Shown in pieces: positions 63,454 to 64,000 of a stretch of DNA of 64,000 bases. A model generated the notes under the pieces. It had not been told where the DNA came from. It searched no databases and saw nothing but the letters and a program-made list of their open reading frames with translations. The stretch covers positions 21,824,001 through 21,888,000 of the forward strand of contig NC_090338.1 of the NCBI RefSeq assembly GCF_035084215.1. The letters run 5' to 3'. Each line of letters opens with the position of its first letter. The stretch's first letter is position 1. Both the position numbers and the translations under genes were made by a program. The DNA comes from Heptranchias perlo. Lineage: Eukaryota.

Positions 63454-63690
63454 TTTGGCTGACCTACTTAGGTCATTGCAGCGCCTCCTGCACTGTATGC
63501 TGTATGTTGGTGGTGCAGGTGACCTCCTCTGCCACCTCGAGCCAGGCCTTCTTGGTGGCAGAGGCAAGCCGCTTCCTCCCACCCGCCGGGGGGAAGATTT
63601 CTGTCCTCCCCCTCCTCCTCACCCCATCCAATAAGACCTGGAGTGAGGCATCATTAACCTGGGAGCAGCCTTCCCCCTGGGCTGCTCCAT
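63454..63690 (-). pseudogene. Harbinger ORF2 Myb/SANT-like (trihelix) first exon, frameshifted
   Basis: MEQPRGKAAPR / NDASLQVLLDGVRRRGRTEIFPPAGGRKRLASATKKAWLEVAEEVTCTTN / IQCRRRCNDLSRSAK|gtgagt. Confidence 0.88.
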
Positions 63691-64000
63691 GCTGTAATTT
63701 TTCCTATTTCTTGCAGCATCAGTCAGTGGAGGACTGCCCCTTTAAATAGAACTCCTCCAGCTGACAGACCTTACTGCGCATGCGCAGTCGGCCCACCGCG
63801 CAGCTTAGCAGCGGGGAACCCGGAACAACAGGTAAGTGGATCCAATCAGGCTGCGATTGCGCGCGAAGCAGACTGATTTCACCGGGCGCGTTACCCACGC
63901 GCCCATTCGACCTCCTGCCGTGAACCCGCAGTCCTGGTAATATCGGGCCCCAGGTGTGTACAGTAATATCTACACTAGTCCTCTCAAAACTGAGGAAAGG

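Larger units (their letters stand above)
61917..63950. mobile_element. PIF/Harbinger DNA transposon, internally deleted (2034 bp)
   Basis: TIRs gggctcgatttt / aatatcgggccc (10 of 12 match), exact CAG duplication at 61914-61916 and 63951-63953, two convergent gene remnants, CpG-rich ends. Confidence 0.93.

Overview
This is vertebrate genomic DNA. The repeat families (CR1 and L2 LINEs, DeuSINE-type SINEs, Penelope-like elements, PIF/Harbinger transposons) suggest a cartilaginous fish, which is an inference. The only host coding sequence I can support is one 270-nt, phase-1/phase-1 exon of teneurin-2 (TENM2, + strand, 28120-28389, intracellular domain); the rest of the window is probably the two large flanking introns. 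Nearly all listed ORFs are transposon fragments or noise. The most notable structures are: (i) a well-delimited 2-kb Harbinger element with TIRs, a CAG target-site duplication and convergent transposase and Myb/SANT gene remnants, plus an older ~3.9-kb fossil and several MITEs; (ii) Penelope-like element ends carrying minimal hammerhead-ribozyme motifs, two of them folded into hairpin mini-insertions with target-site duplications; (iii) a candidate microexon with a downstream Rbfox motif; (iv) several nested insertions. I found no convincing novel protein-coding system. Family names come from motif recognition and recall, not database searches, and many repeat boundaries are approximate.
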